A stretch of 64,000 nt of DNA from a virus. Taxonomy: Duplodnaviria; Caudoviricetes. Location of the stretch: positions 56,763 through 120,762 of the IMG/VR virus record IMGVR_UViG_2747842453_000002; one strand, given 5' to 3'. The translations under genes were made by a program, and so were the position numbers. The notes beneath the pieces were generated by a model. It did no database searches, was not told where the DNA came from, and saw only the letters and a program-made list of their open reading frames with translations. Positions 38,420 to 47,388 of the stretch are shown here, one piece after another; the stretch's first letter is position 1, and each line of letters starts with the position of its first letter.

Positions 38420-39305
38420 TTGGCTGTCCTAATTTATTATTATTTTCTATCCAACGATTCGTTATGCCAATCGCTTTATCAGTGTCCAATTTTGGTACTA
38501 TTTTTTTTATTTTTTGCCAGAATATGGTAGAATCTTTATCTAAGTTATCAGAATCAACAACATGTAAATTCTTAAAAGTTCTTACATACTTTGGTAAAAA
38601 AGTTATGTATGTATTTATTAAAGATTCTTTATGGTCTTCTTTAAGGACATTTATGTCACTGGTGTGCTTCAATCGTATGTTTTTATTTTTAACAATCGAT
38701 GAGTGATGTGTGTCATATGAAACAGGATTTTTATAATTATTAGATTCTAACAAATCATTTAATAGTGCATAAAGTTCATGTCTCCAAACCCAATCAAATT
38801 TTTTTGTTTCATCTATCATAAATTGTTGTTGTTTTTCTGACAGTGTAGTAGAAATTGTTGAGTTTATAAAATCAACAGTAATAGGACAATCTACTTTTAC
38901 CGCTAACTTTTTTATCGCTAGATCGGCAAAATAGTCTATTGAATCTTTTTTAGGAAATGCTAAGTCAATATAAATTATCGTAATATCTGGTAAATATCTT
39001 TTATAAAATTCTATAGAATTATTGCTTGGATGGTCTTTTACAATAATTCGTTTTTTAATAGAAACGAAATCACCCTTGTATCTTGTTTCAATACCATTCT
39101 CAAATTTAGTTATATCTTCTACTAAATCCATATATCGTAACGCACATATTGAATGATATTGATTCACATTTTTATTTACCCACGTGTATATGTCTTCAAA
39201 TTGATCACAGCATGTACTAAGTGTATGAGCAATGTGTTCGCCACCAAGACCAGCAGGATACACTATCAGTATTGGATGCGCATTAATAAAATCATTATGA
39301 TTCAT
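38412..39305 (-). CDS. hypothetical protein, possibly P-loop/sulfotransferase-like
   Basis: IVYPAGLGGEHIA near N-terminus, KDHP. Confidence 0.5.
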   Translation of the reverse strand: MNHNDFINAHPILIVYPAGLGGEHIAHTLSTCCDQFEDIYTWVNKNVNQYHSICALRYMDLVEDITKFENGIETRYKGDFVSIKKRIIVKDHPSNNSIEFYKRYLPDITIIYIDLAFPKKDSIDYFADLAIKKLAVKVDCPITVDFINSTISTTLSEKQQQFMIDETKKFDWVWRHELYALLNDLLESNNYKNPVSYDTHHSSIVKNKNIRLKHTSDINVLKEDHKESLINTYITFLPKYVRTFKNLHVVDSDNLDKDSTIFWQKIKKIVPKLDTDKAIGITNRWIENNNKLGQPNE

Positions 39306-40699
39306 TATTGTTCCTTGAAAAATTCTATTTCATTATCACTGTAATTTACAAGAGATTCTGCATCATTGATGTCACGAATAGGCACTAAACTAAGTGAGCC
39401 TTTCATTCTTCCATTTGCTCCAGTTGTATTCCATTCTGGAATTTCTGTAATTCTATCTTTGAGTTGTTGTGCACGATCAAGAAATCCTGGTGGGGTCATT
39501 AGTTTTATTTCTAACCATAAGTCATCATCTATAATATCATGGTGTTTCATTATTATTTTACAGTTATCTAAAAATCTATCTTCATTACCGCGATACAAAT
39601 CCATACTTGCAAAATGTGCACTCATATTAACACTATTTATGTATTGTGTTGCTTCACTCCAGAATTTTGTACTTCGACTACCATTTGTAGTTACCAATAT
39701 CCATTGATTTCGGGACTTTAAATATTTTAAAATGTCAATGAATTGTGGATGCATGGTAGGTTCACCTCCACCAAAATTCCATCTGATTTGTTCGCCATTA
39801 CTCCAATTATCTATAATCATATCGATAGTATTAATAACAGATTCAAACGATGGAAACTTTTCAGTATTACTATGAACTGCCGGCCAACAATAGTCACATG
39901 CATAATTACACCGTCTTCCAATGTCCCACAAGATTTGATATGGAATAGGAAAGTTCATTTCTACTCCAACACTTTCATCTATATTATCAGTGATATAATT
40001 CTTACCGCCACGTTTAGTGCCAGCATATTGATTATGTGTCACGTCCAGTAACTTCATATGTTCTACGGTTTTTGCTTTACTTAAAATTACATCTGCGCCG
40101 CAGCCACAACTCTTAAAAGGACAAACTGTATAATTTTCAGGTATGTCAATACCTTCACGAATATTGCCTAATAATCCCCAATTTTTTGGTATGTCATCTA
40201 ATGTACTTTCCCATTTCCATGCACTTGCAGTTGTATCAATATTATCTGTTTGAATGTTCTTTCCTAAATTCTTAAAAAAAGTTTCTTCTGCTTCTTTCAA
40301 CGCATCTTGTAGTTTAATATGTTGTTCGCATGTTTCCCAGCCGTTCTTAGGCAACGGCCAGCCACCTATAGTATTTTCATTATACCATTCAATATGCGGA
40401 TAAGAACCGAATATTCTTTCACGTTCAACCCTCCAGCCTTCTACAGTTGTATCATGATGTGCAGTACTATTTCTATGACTACTGGCACAGTTACCATTCC
40501 ATATATTACCATCGTAATCTATATAAAGTCCACGCACTCCTGCACTACACTGCCATCCCTTCCATTTGTTATGTTCTCTTGCAATAGCCTCATCCACACT
40601 CATTCTAATAAACTTGCCATTCGTATCATACACACGTAGTTGTTTATTATCTAATGGGATCCGAGGATCTGATTTAATAGGCATCTTCCAAAACCTCAT
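39305..40699 (-). CDS. radical SAM protein with permuted domain order (subfamily C)
   Basis: N-terminal WKGWQCSAG...CPFKSCGC, then CNYACDYC, GGGEP, TTNGSR. Confidence 0.9.
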   Translation of the reverse strand: MRFWKMPIKSDPRIPLDNKQLRVYDTNGKFIRMSVDEAIAREHNKWKGWQCSAGVRGLYIDYDGNIWNGNCASSHRNSTAHHDTTVEGWRVERERIFGSYPHIEWYNENTIGGWPLPKNGWETCEQHIKLQDALKEAEETFFKNLGKNIQTDNIDTTASAWKWESTLDDIPKNWGLLGNIREGIDIPENYTVCPFKSCGCGADVILSKAKTVEHMKLLDVTHNQYAGTKRGGKNYITDNIDESVGVEMNFPIPYQILWDIGRRCNYACDYCWPAVHSNTEKFPSFESVINTIDMIIDNWSNGEQIRWNFGGGEPTMHPQFIDILKYLKSRNQWILVTTNGSRSTKFWSEATQYINSVNMSAHFASMDLYRGNEDRFLDNCKIIMKHHDIIDDDLWLEIKLMTPPGFLDRAQQLKDRITEIPEWNTTGANGRMKGSLSLVPIRDINDAESLVNYSDNEIEFFKEQ

Positions 40700-41681
40700 A
40701 TCTATTTTTAGGAAGTACTTTTTTACTCATAATGTCAAAGTTACAATGACACATACTTTTTGTACACATTACAGGTTTAGTAGGCCATTTAATAGATTCA
40801 GGATATTTCATATTTCCAAGTATTCCGCCAACTCTACACCATCCTATCATAACACTGCCATCGAAATCTACAACAATTTGTTCAACACCACTCCAACACA
40901 ACCAACCTTTCCAGTTATTTGTCTTATCGTTAATAAAACGATGAGCACTACTATTTTGTTTCATGTTATTGACATCATCATGCATATCCATACTACCACG
41001 ATAAATTTTCCATTTCTTATCATGCTGTATTTTATTACCTAATCCCCACCATTGATTGTCAATATATTCAATCTGTTCTGGAGTATAATCATATAATGTT
41101 TCACCAAAATCAATGATTAGTGGCTGTAATGCAAGTGATATATTTGGAATGTCTATTACACTTTCAGCCACCTTTTGACATCTTGGCCATATCTCTGGGT
41201 CGTAATGCATCATAACATTTACATGTGTTCTACATTGTTGACTCATTATTTTTACAACTTCGATGAAATGCTCTGCATCGCCTTCTTCTGGATGATATGA
41301 AAGACATACATGGTCAAATTTTGTTTTATTCTTTTCCCACCAGCGAATCGTTCTACTACTATTGCTAATGAATCCTATATCATGACCAATTTCTTTGATG
41401 TACTCTGCACATTTAATAAAATCTTTCCAGAGTGTTACTTCTCCACCTGTAAATTCAAAATATACAGTTCTAGGATGATAATGAGCAATCGTAGAATCTA
41501 TGAATTTCTTTACAACATCAAAGTCATTCCATCCAAAACTGCCGTCATTTAGAATACTTGGACAATAGGAACATGTGAAATTGCACATATTTCCTAAATT
41601 CCAATTAACCACAACCCAGTCTTTGGCTTCATCGTGGTGATGATCAAGTCTATTATAAAATTCCTGCGGTCCGAGGGGCAT
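40674..41681 (-). CDS. radical SAM protein with C-terminal Cys-rich domain (subfamily C)
   Basis: CNFTCSYC, TGGE, WKGWLCWSG...CTKSMCHC. Confidence 0.9.
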   Translation of the reverse strand: MPLGPQEFYNRLDHHHDEAKDWVVVNWNLGNMCNFTCSYCPSILNDGSFGWNDFDVVKKFIDSTIAHYHPRTVYFEFTGGEVTLWKDFIKCAEYIKEIGHDIGFISNSSRTIRWWEKNKTKFDHVCLSYHPEEGDAEHFIEVVKIMSQQCRTHVNVMMHYDPEIWPRCQKVAESVIDIPNISLALQPLIIDFGETLYDYTPEQIEYIDNQWWGLGNKIQHDKKWKIYRGSMDMHDDVNNMKQNSSAHRFINDKTNNWKGWLCWSGVEQIVVDFDGSVMIGWCRVGGILGNMKYPESIKWPTKPVMCTKSMCHCNFDIMSKKVLPKNRYEVLEDAY

Positions 41682-41684
41682 GTA

Positions 41685-41867
41685 TTAATCCTTGTCTGTC
41701 TCAAGTTCATCGAGTCTTGTTTCAAGTCGTTGGACGGATTGTAGTATTTCCCACAATTTCCAATCCATTGTTTTAGCAAGTTCTAAAATTTCATTATTGA
41801 AATCTGTTGAATTTCTTTCTGCTACAGTTGTATCATTTTCCGGTATTAGTCTAATTTTTTTAACCAT
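41685..41867 (-). CDS. small coiled-coil protein
   Basis: 60 aa, AAGGA RBS, MDWKLWEIL motif. Confidence 0.7.
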   Translation of the reverse strand: MVKKIRLIPENDTTVAERNSTDFNNEILELAKTMDWKLWEILQSVQRLETRLDELETDKD

Positions 41868-41878
41868 TGTAATTTCCT

Positions 41879-42820
41879 TTATTTGTCCCAGCCGGTTGAC
41901 TTTTCAGTTGCCAAAGGATTATGAACTCTCTTTGGATTATTATAAACACGTTTAAAGTAGCGTGATAGTTCTGGTGTAGGATCACACATCTCCATACCAA
42001 GATTTTCACATAGATAGTCTCCTAATGTTAATGTACGATCATACAGTAAATCTTCATTCTTTGATAACTCAGAATAAACAGTATCATAAAAAAACGTTTT
42101 AAACCAATCATAATTACTGATACTCTCAATGATAAAATCTGAATTGAAATTTACATCATAGCATCCCATCCTAGCACCTAATACTGCCCATAGACCATTT
42201 TCAACATCAGATCCAATATTGCACCATGTCAGTAGTCTTTCATAATTTTTAGGCCATATTCTTCTATTAAACTCACTTGGCGGTACTCTAGTGCCTTCAT
42301 CAAGCGACATTTTTACTCCTTCACGATATCCACTGCGAAACGCTTGAAATGGCGAGCCACTATTAAATATCATTGAATATGTATTATTCATTTGCTTATA
42401 GTCTAGATCCCAACAAAAGTCAAGTTTCTTGGTTTCATTATCTGCATTCTCATGTGTACGCATATCTAATACTAGTTGAACTGGCCAGCATTTAATTCCA
42501 CCATTGCCATAGACCAATCCATTAGTAAGATTTTTAGCTCCCCATGATATTACGCTACGACTCAAATCTGTGTTCTCAGGAAAAGATAATGTGATATCAA
42601 AAAACTTTTTATCTACAATATTATCACCATCTATCGTAATAAATCTATCAGTTTTACTAGCACGGGCACATGCCTTATGTGCATTATCAAATCCTTTAAC
42701 ACCATCAATTCTCTGTGCCATTGGAAATTTACTTAGTAGGTCTACATAGTGTTCTTCTTTGTTCGGTTCATCATAACTAAGGTAGAATATACTTAAATCT
42801 TTTATAATAAGCTTTGTCAT
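41879..42820 (-). CDS. glycosyltransferase-like protein (paralog of 20940..22049)
   Basis: LSYDEP, RIDGVKGFDNAHK, TIDGDN, YGNGGIK, FRSGYREG. Confidence 0.65.
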   Translation of the reverse strand: MTKLIIKDLSIFYLSYDEPNKEEHYVDLLSKFPMAQRIDGVKGFDNAHKACARASKTDRFITIDGDNIVDKKFFDITLSFPENTDLSRSVISWGAKNLTNGLVYGNGGIKCWPVQLVLDMRTHENADNETKKLDFCWDLDYKQMNNTYSMIFNSGSPFQAFRSGYREGVKMSLDEGTRVPPSEFNRRIWPKNYERLLTWCNIGSDVENGLWAVLGARMGCYDVNFNSDFIIESISNYDWFKTFFYDTVYSELSKNEDLLYDRTLTLGDYLCENLGMEMCDPTPELSRYFKRVYNNPKRVHNPLATEKSTGWDK

Positions 42821-42822
42821 CT

Positions 42823-43437
42823 TTATTCTCTTATATCCTCCATACTGTATGTAGTAAAAATGTAATTAGCATATATGCTTATGTTCTTATATTTATGTCT
42901 GTACTTAATTGTCTGTTTTTTACCCGTTAAAATTTTAGAGTAATCTAATTCAATTGTGTCAATTAATAATCCTGATTCATTTTTCATTGTTATATAAAAT
43001 TTATGTGATTTATTGTTTTTAATGATAATATCTTTATCATTATTTTGTTCAACAAAAAATTCTTCCAGGTTAGATGTTGCCAAGATATCGAATCCATCAT
43101 CTGTCACATAAATTTTTAAATCTGGTGATGAATGATAATCTATATGGCGAATATTATTACTAGCGTTATTTTTTACAATATACTTACCTGCATCTCTTCT
43201 AACAATTACGTAATGCATCTCATCTTTTTTAAAAACCACATTGTACCCATTGGTAACATAGGTACCATCAAGAAATCTCAACAAATCAGCAGCAGAAAAG
43301 TATGCGAAATTATTTTTATTATTTTTATCAACTCTATTTTCAAAGGAAAGAATTGTACCATCTGAATTAAAGTATACGACTTTAAATGGGTTGTCAGAAC
43401 TTAGAGTTTTTATACTACGGATCATATACATTCTCAT
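42823..43437 (-). CDS. hypothetical protein
   Basis: 204-aa ORF in operon. Confidence 0.7.
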   Translation of the reverse strand: MRMYMIRSIKTLSSDNPFKVVYFNSDGTILSFENRVDKNNKNNFAYFSAADLLRFLDGTYVTNGYNVVFKKDEMHYVIVRRDAGKYIVKNNASNNIRHIDYHSSPDLKIYVTDDGFDILATSNLEEFFVEQNNDKDIIIKNNKSHKFYITMKNESGLLIDTIELDYSKILTGKKQTIKYRHKYKNISIYANYIFTTYSMEDIRE

Positions 43438-44272
43438 ATTGTTTAATCATATCATTTGTCAACCAATCTTTTTCAACATAATGAAACGGCAATGTTTGAA
43501 TGAAGTTATGTATATTAATTTCCAAATCATCAGATACATTGCTTGTTAATGTATCTTGCCAATCAGAGAAAATATTTTTTTCAGGAATGTTTTGAATATA
43601 ACTTTTCATATGCACAAATGCAGGAAAAGGCAAACTAGATATAAATTTTTCTTTACCTAGTATTTTAGCAGCAAGTGCATATGCTACATCCGCACTTACC
43701 CAATCTTGGCCTTTGCCTTTCAAGAACTCATTATAGTATAATTCCCAGTTGTTTATAATCCTTTCAACTAATCGAAAGAATTCATAAGAAACTTCAGACT
43801 TATTAAAGTATGTAAAATTGCTATATACATCAGGTAACTCACAGTCTGTAAATTTCTTTCTATAAAAATCAGAGATTATTGGTTCATCTCTGAATGTTCT
43901 AGGGTTTGTACATAATAACACATCATACTTGCTATCACCTAGCATATCCCACCAATGGTCAATCGATTTTGTAAATAATTGATCTGTATCTAATATTATT
44001 GTTTCATCAAATGGAGACATGTTAATATACTTCCATTTGTTCTCTATTTTCCATGTGCTATTAAGTGCATCGTCATTCCATGGAATATCTACAATGTAAT
44101 CAAATACATCACAATACTTTTGTTCCAATCTGTCACTTGTTTTTTTATCAACACACAAGCAAATTGCATTTTCACGTTGCGTGGTCTTAATGCTCAGTGC
44201 AAGTGCGTATGCCATTCTTAGATAATCATGCTCATCTGTATTTTGGGCTATTACAATATATCCTCTACTCAT
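43415..44272 (-). CDS. GT-A glycosyltransferase-like protein (GT8-like)
   Basis: GYIVIAQN, LALSIK, SPFDETIILDTD (DxD), FVHMK, PFHY. Confidence 0.7.
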   Translation of the reverse strand: MSRGYIVIAQNTDEHDYLRMAYALALSIKTTQRENAICLCVDKKTSDRLEQKYCDVFDYIVDIPWNDDALNSTWKIENKWKYINMSPFDETIILDTDQLFTKSIDHWWDMLGDSKYDVLLCTNPRTFRDEPIISDFYRKKFTDCELPDVYSNFTYFNKSEVSYEFFRLVERIINNWELYYNEFLKGKGQDWVSADVAYALAAKILGKEKFISSLPFPAFVHMKSYIQNIPEKNIFSDWQDTLTSNVSDDLEINIHNFIQTLPFHYVEKDWLTNDMIKQYENVYDP

Positions 44273-45132
44273 AATGTAATTCCATTTTCAAAAAACGAAT
44301 CCAAATGTTTTGTAATGCTTCGTTTATTCATAATGTGAAGATCGGATCGTTGCAATCTTACTATATTTCTGACTGTGCGATTTTTAGCAGTTATCATAAC
44401 AATGTTATCAGGTCCATCGACTCTTAAAATTTGATCGGTATCAAAACTATTAACAAGTTTATTGAAGGGAAGATTTGGTACTATAGCATTTACTTCACCA
44501 TTCAGGATATGCAATGCAATACTGAATGTATGATCATTTCTATATAATGCCACATCACATTTATAAAGATTGTAATAATACCTATAGTTATTCTTAATAT
44601 GATTTATCATTTTGAATAAATTTGAAGAAAATTCACATTTTCTAAAGTATATTACAGTAGCCCAATACATATCTATGCTAATATCATTAAGTCTGGCAGT
44701 ATTTGAAGTTTTTGTTTGTGATATATCGGTAAAATCTTTGGTAATCATAAAATCATTGCGACTACCCCATACGCCATCTAACTGGTTTGTCATAATAAAA
44801 TAATCACAATCTATTACCAGTGTTTCATCATATGGAGATAGAGAGTAAACATCACCTCGACTTTTATTAATAAACGGTGCACCTTCTACGTTCTTAATAG
44901 TATCGCGGTATTTTCGCATGGTACTATCTGTACTTTTTGGTATAACAATAGTTCTATCAAAATAACAGTCAACCAATTTACGATTTTCATTTAATGATGA
45001 TTCGTCTGTTATAAGACATATTTCATCAAAGCCAGAAAGATACTTTCTGGCATATCCAGCACTTGCACACGATATTTTTACATAATCAACATAATCGTTG
45101 TTCTGTGCAAAAATTATTATACCTTTTGTCAT
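44269..45132 (-). CDS. GT-A glycosyltransferase-like protein (paralog of 43415..44272)
   Basis: GIIIFAQN, SPYDETLVIDCD (DxD), WATVIYF, RNDHTFSIA. Confidence 0.7.
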   Translation of the reverse strand: MTKGIIIFAQNNDYVDYVKISCASAGYARKYLSGFDEICLITDESSLNENRKLVDCYFDRTIVIPKSTDSTMRKYRDTIKNVEGAPFINKSRGDVYSLSPYDETLVIDCDYFIMTNQLDGVWGSRNDFMITKDFTDISQTKTSNTARLNDISIDMYWATVIYFRKCEFSSNLFKMINHIKNNYRYYYNLYKCDVALYRNDHTFSIALHILNGEVNAIVPNLPFNKLVNSFDTDQILRVDGPDNIVMITAKNRTVRNIVRLQRSDLHIMNKRSITKHLDSFFENGITL

Positions 45133-45480
45133 TTATAAATCTAATGCAATTTCAATTTTTGTGGAACTTCTAAGTTGTTCATATTCTTGATAGTAAAAGT
45201 TAAGGGAAGAAAAATATCGTTCTGATACTAGTTCTAAGAATTCATTTACATCAGCAATATTAATAGGTAAATTATTTTTGTCCAATATATTTACATTCAT
45301 TTTATCAGACTGAACTAAATAATTTAAAAATCCTATTAATTCTTGGGTCACAACAAATGTGCCACCATTTTGATAAACATGTAATTCGTTCATTACTTTA
45401 TCTTGCATAACTTTTCTATTTAAATTAAAATTACGCATTGTATTTTTGTACGACAAAATATTTTCTAAATTTTCTTCCAC
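45133..45480 (-). CDS. hypothetical protein
   Basis: 115 aa, GTG start with GGAG RBS, first gene after promoter. Confidence 0.7.
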   Translation of the reverse strand: MEENLENILSYKNTMRNFNLNRKVMQDKVMNELHVYQNGGTFVVTQELIGFLNYLVQSDKMNVNILDKNNLPINIADVNEFLELVSERYFSSLNFYYQEYEQLRSSTKIEIALDL

Positions 45481-45519
45481 TAGTTACTCCACGACCAAGA
45501 CTTACAGTAATATACTATT

Positions 45520-45548
45520 ACTATACTATAAATTTTTTAAAATGTCAA
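45520..45548 (-). promoter_or_regulatory. sigma70-type promoter heading the tailoring-enzyme operon
   Basis: Minus strand TTGACA-N17-TATAGT. Confidence 0.7.
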
Positions 45549-45573
45549 GAAGTTTTTATTTTAGTATTACTAA

Positions 45574-46644
45574 TTATGTCATAATTATTCCAACAAAGTC
45601 AGTTATTATACTATAAACTGGCATCTCCGACACCACGCCTAAATTTGATGTATCTGCATCATCCGCACGTTGTTGGGAAATATAAACCGATAAATTGCCT
45701 TCAACCCAATCACCATACGTTACTTGGTCTGGATAATAACCATCATAGCCACCATAGCCACTATATCCTAGATAACCATCTGGATCTCTGTCTGGATCAT
45801 TTCTCAATAATACATAAAATTCCATACTACCTATTTCTTCTAAAGAGAATCTTGCCCAAACTTCAATTTGATGTTCAGTGACATCATCTAGAGGACTTGG
45901 ATCGTCTAGCATTACAGTAACTTTTTTATGAAACACTTTTTGGTATGTCGTAGTCATTTCATTAAATCCTACGCCGGGTACACCTACATTATTTGAAGAT
46001 TTTGTTGCAATGTGACTAAAGATAATATTACCCACATCGTCCAGTAAAGATGCCCATGATGAACTTGGTATATAGCCAGTTGGGTAATCACTTAGTTCTG
46101 TTTGTATTCTTATTTCACCACCTGCATTGAAATATTGACGCCTTGCGTCTTCACTTTTAAATTTTGCACGGAATTCAAATTTCTGTTCATCTAATCTAAC
46201 TTTCCATGTTTCGTCTGGAGTTGCTTCGAGATTTTGATTTGGATTCAAATAGGTATGCATTGCACTAAGAACGTTTTGTTGTGTTGACATTTTTAGCAAT
46301 GTATAATTTAATTTATTCTGTCTAATATTAATAATATCGTCTTTGATAGTATCAATAGTATGAATTACAGTGTCTAATTCTGTAAAATCACCATTATATA
46401 TATTTGCACTAGTTGTTAATTCGGTGCCCTGATGTGCCGCTGCAAATCGTATTGAATAAAATAATTCCATCCAATTTCTCTTACGTAACTGTTGGCCACG
46501 ATTAACATGATTAACGAATAACTGAGTTTGCCCATAACCAGAATCGCCTGCCCCTGTACCAACTATTTCATTGATATCATTTGCCAATAAGTTAAAATCA
46601 TCTGACGTAAACTGACTTGTTAGAGGGTAACTTTGTGGTGACAT
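45574..46644 (-). CDS. putative virion structural protein
   Basis: In baseplate module; GDSGYGQ and RQYFNAGGEIR motifs; C-terminal GYx repeat. Confidence 0.6.
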   Translation of the reverse strand: MSPQSYPLTSQFTSDDFNLLANDINEIVGTGAGDSGYGQTQLFVNHVNRGQQLRKRNWMELFYSIRFAAAHQGTELTTSANIYNGDFTELDTVIHTIDTIKDDIINIRQNKLNYTLLKMSTQQNVLSAMHTYLNPNQNLEATPDETWKVRLDEQKFEFRAKFKSEDARRQYFNAGGEIRIQTELSDYPTGYIPSSSWASLLDDVGNIIFSHIATKSSNNVGVPGVGFNEMTTTYQKVFHKKVTVMLDDPSPLDDVTEHQIEVWARFSLEEIGSMEFYVLLRNDPDRDPDGYLGYSGYGGYDGYYPDQVTYGDWVEGNLSVYISQQRADDADTSNLGVVSEMPVYSIITDFVGIIMT

Positions 46645-46657
46645 TCGTTACTCCTTC

Positions 46658-47332
46658 TTAATTTACTTGTATTGTTATTGTGTAATCGATTATAATTGTT
46701 CTATTTGCTGATAGTAATACAGGATGAAAAGTAACATGTGTTAACATCATCGTCTTCGATTCATCCATTGCGCCATCACTAGTCACTCCTGCCATTAGTC
46801 CAATTTCATCAATTGTAAATGCATTTACACTATTCGTATCTGGCGAACTGTCTGTTTCTGGTAAACGTAGACCAGGATCAATTATTTTAACTGATTCTTC
46901 ATATGCATTGTGGTCCACTTCAAGTGAACATACAATTTTTGCAGTATTTTCTGGAACAGACTCGTTTGTATCCATCATTTCACCAGCATAGTAAACTGTA
47001 TTAGTAGTTAACTGTTCATACGTCTTTGCATATAAAGTTGAGTTACTTGAAGGTATTGGTAACTGGTCATAATTTCCAAAAACCCTGGGCGCTCTATATT
47101 CTAATGTAGTAGTAGATTTAGAACCGCCATTTCCGAAAGCCATCCAATTAACTATTGGTGATCCACCGTTTGAGTTTATACTTGTTGGTTTGCCTGCTAA
47201 TGCACTCGCAAGAGCATATGCCATATTACCAGGATGTATTGCATTCTTTTTTTCTAAAAGTACTTTGCCTGTGTCTTTGTCATATATTTTTACTGTGCCA
47301 ATAATTTGTGACATGATATTATCATTGAACAT
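46658..47332 (-). CDS. putative virion structural (baseplate/tail) protein
   Basis: KKNAIH, MAFGNGG, FTIDEIGL, THVTFHPV; position in structural module. Confidence 0.6.
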   Translation of the reverse strand: MFNDNIMSQIIGTVKIYDKDTGKVLLEKKNAIHPGNMAYALASALAGKPTSINSNGGSPIVNWMAFGNGGSKSTTTLEYRAPRVFGNYDQLPIPSSNSTLYAKTYEQLTTNTVYYAGEMMDTNESVPENTAKIVCSLEVDHNAYEESVKIIDPGLRLPETDSSPDTNSVNAFTIDEIGLMAGVTSDGAMDESKTMMLTHVTFHPVLLSANRTIIIDYTITIQVN

Positions 47333-47388
47333 TTATTTCTCTCTTTTTATACCAGAACTTATTCTATTTATCATTTTTTTAAAACCTA

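Noticed and set aside
11372-41681. Radical SAM genes as a 7-deazaguanine (QueE), MoaA or NrdG pathway
   Set aside because: No queC/queD/folE/dpdA, moaC or nrdD in the window, and the proteins carry extra Cys-rich domains and lengths unlike those enzymes.
41685-41867. 60-aa ORF as RiPP precursor for the SPASM enzymes
   Set aside because: Looks like a coiled-coil protein with no leader/core pattern or repeated cores; no clear precursor peptide could be identified anywhere in the island.
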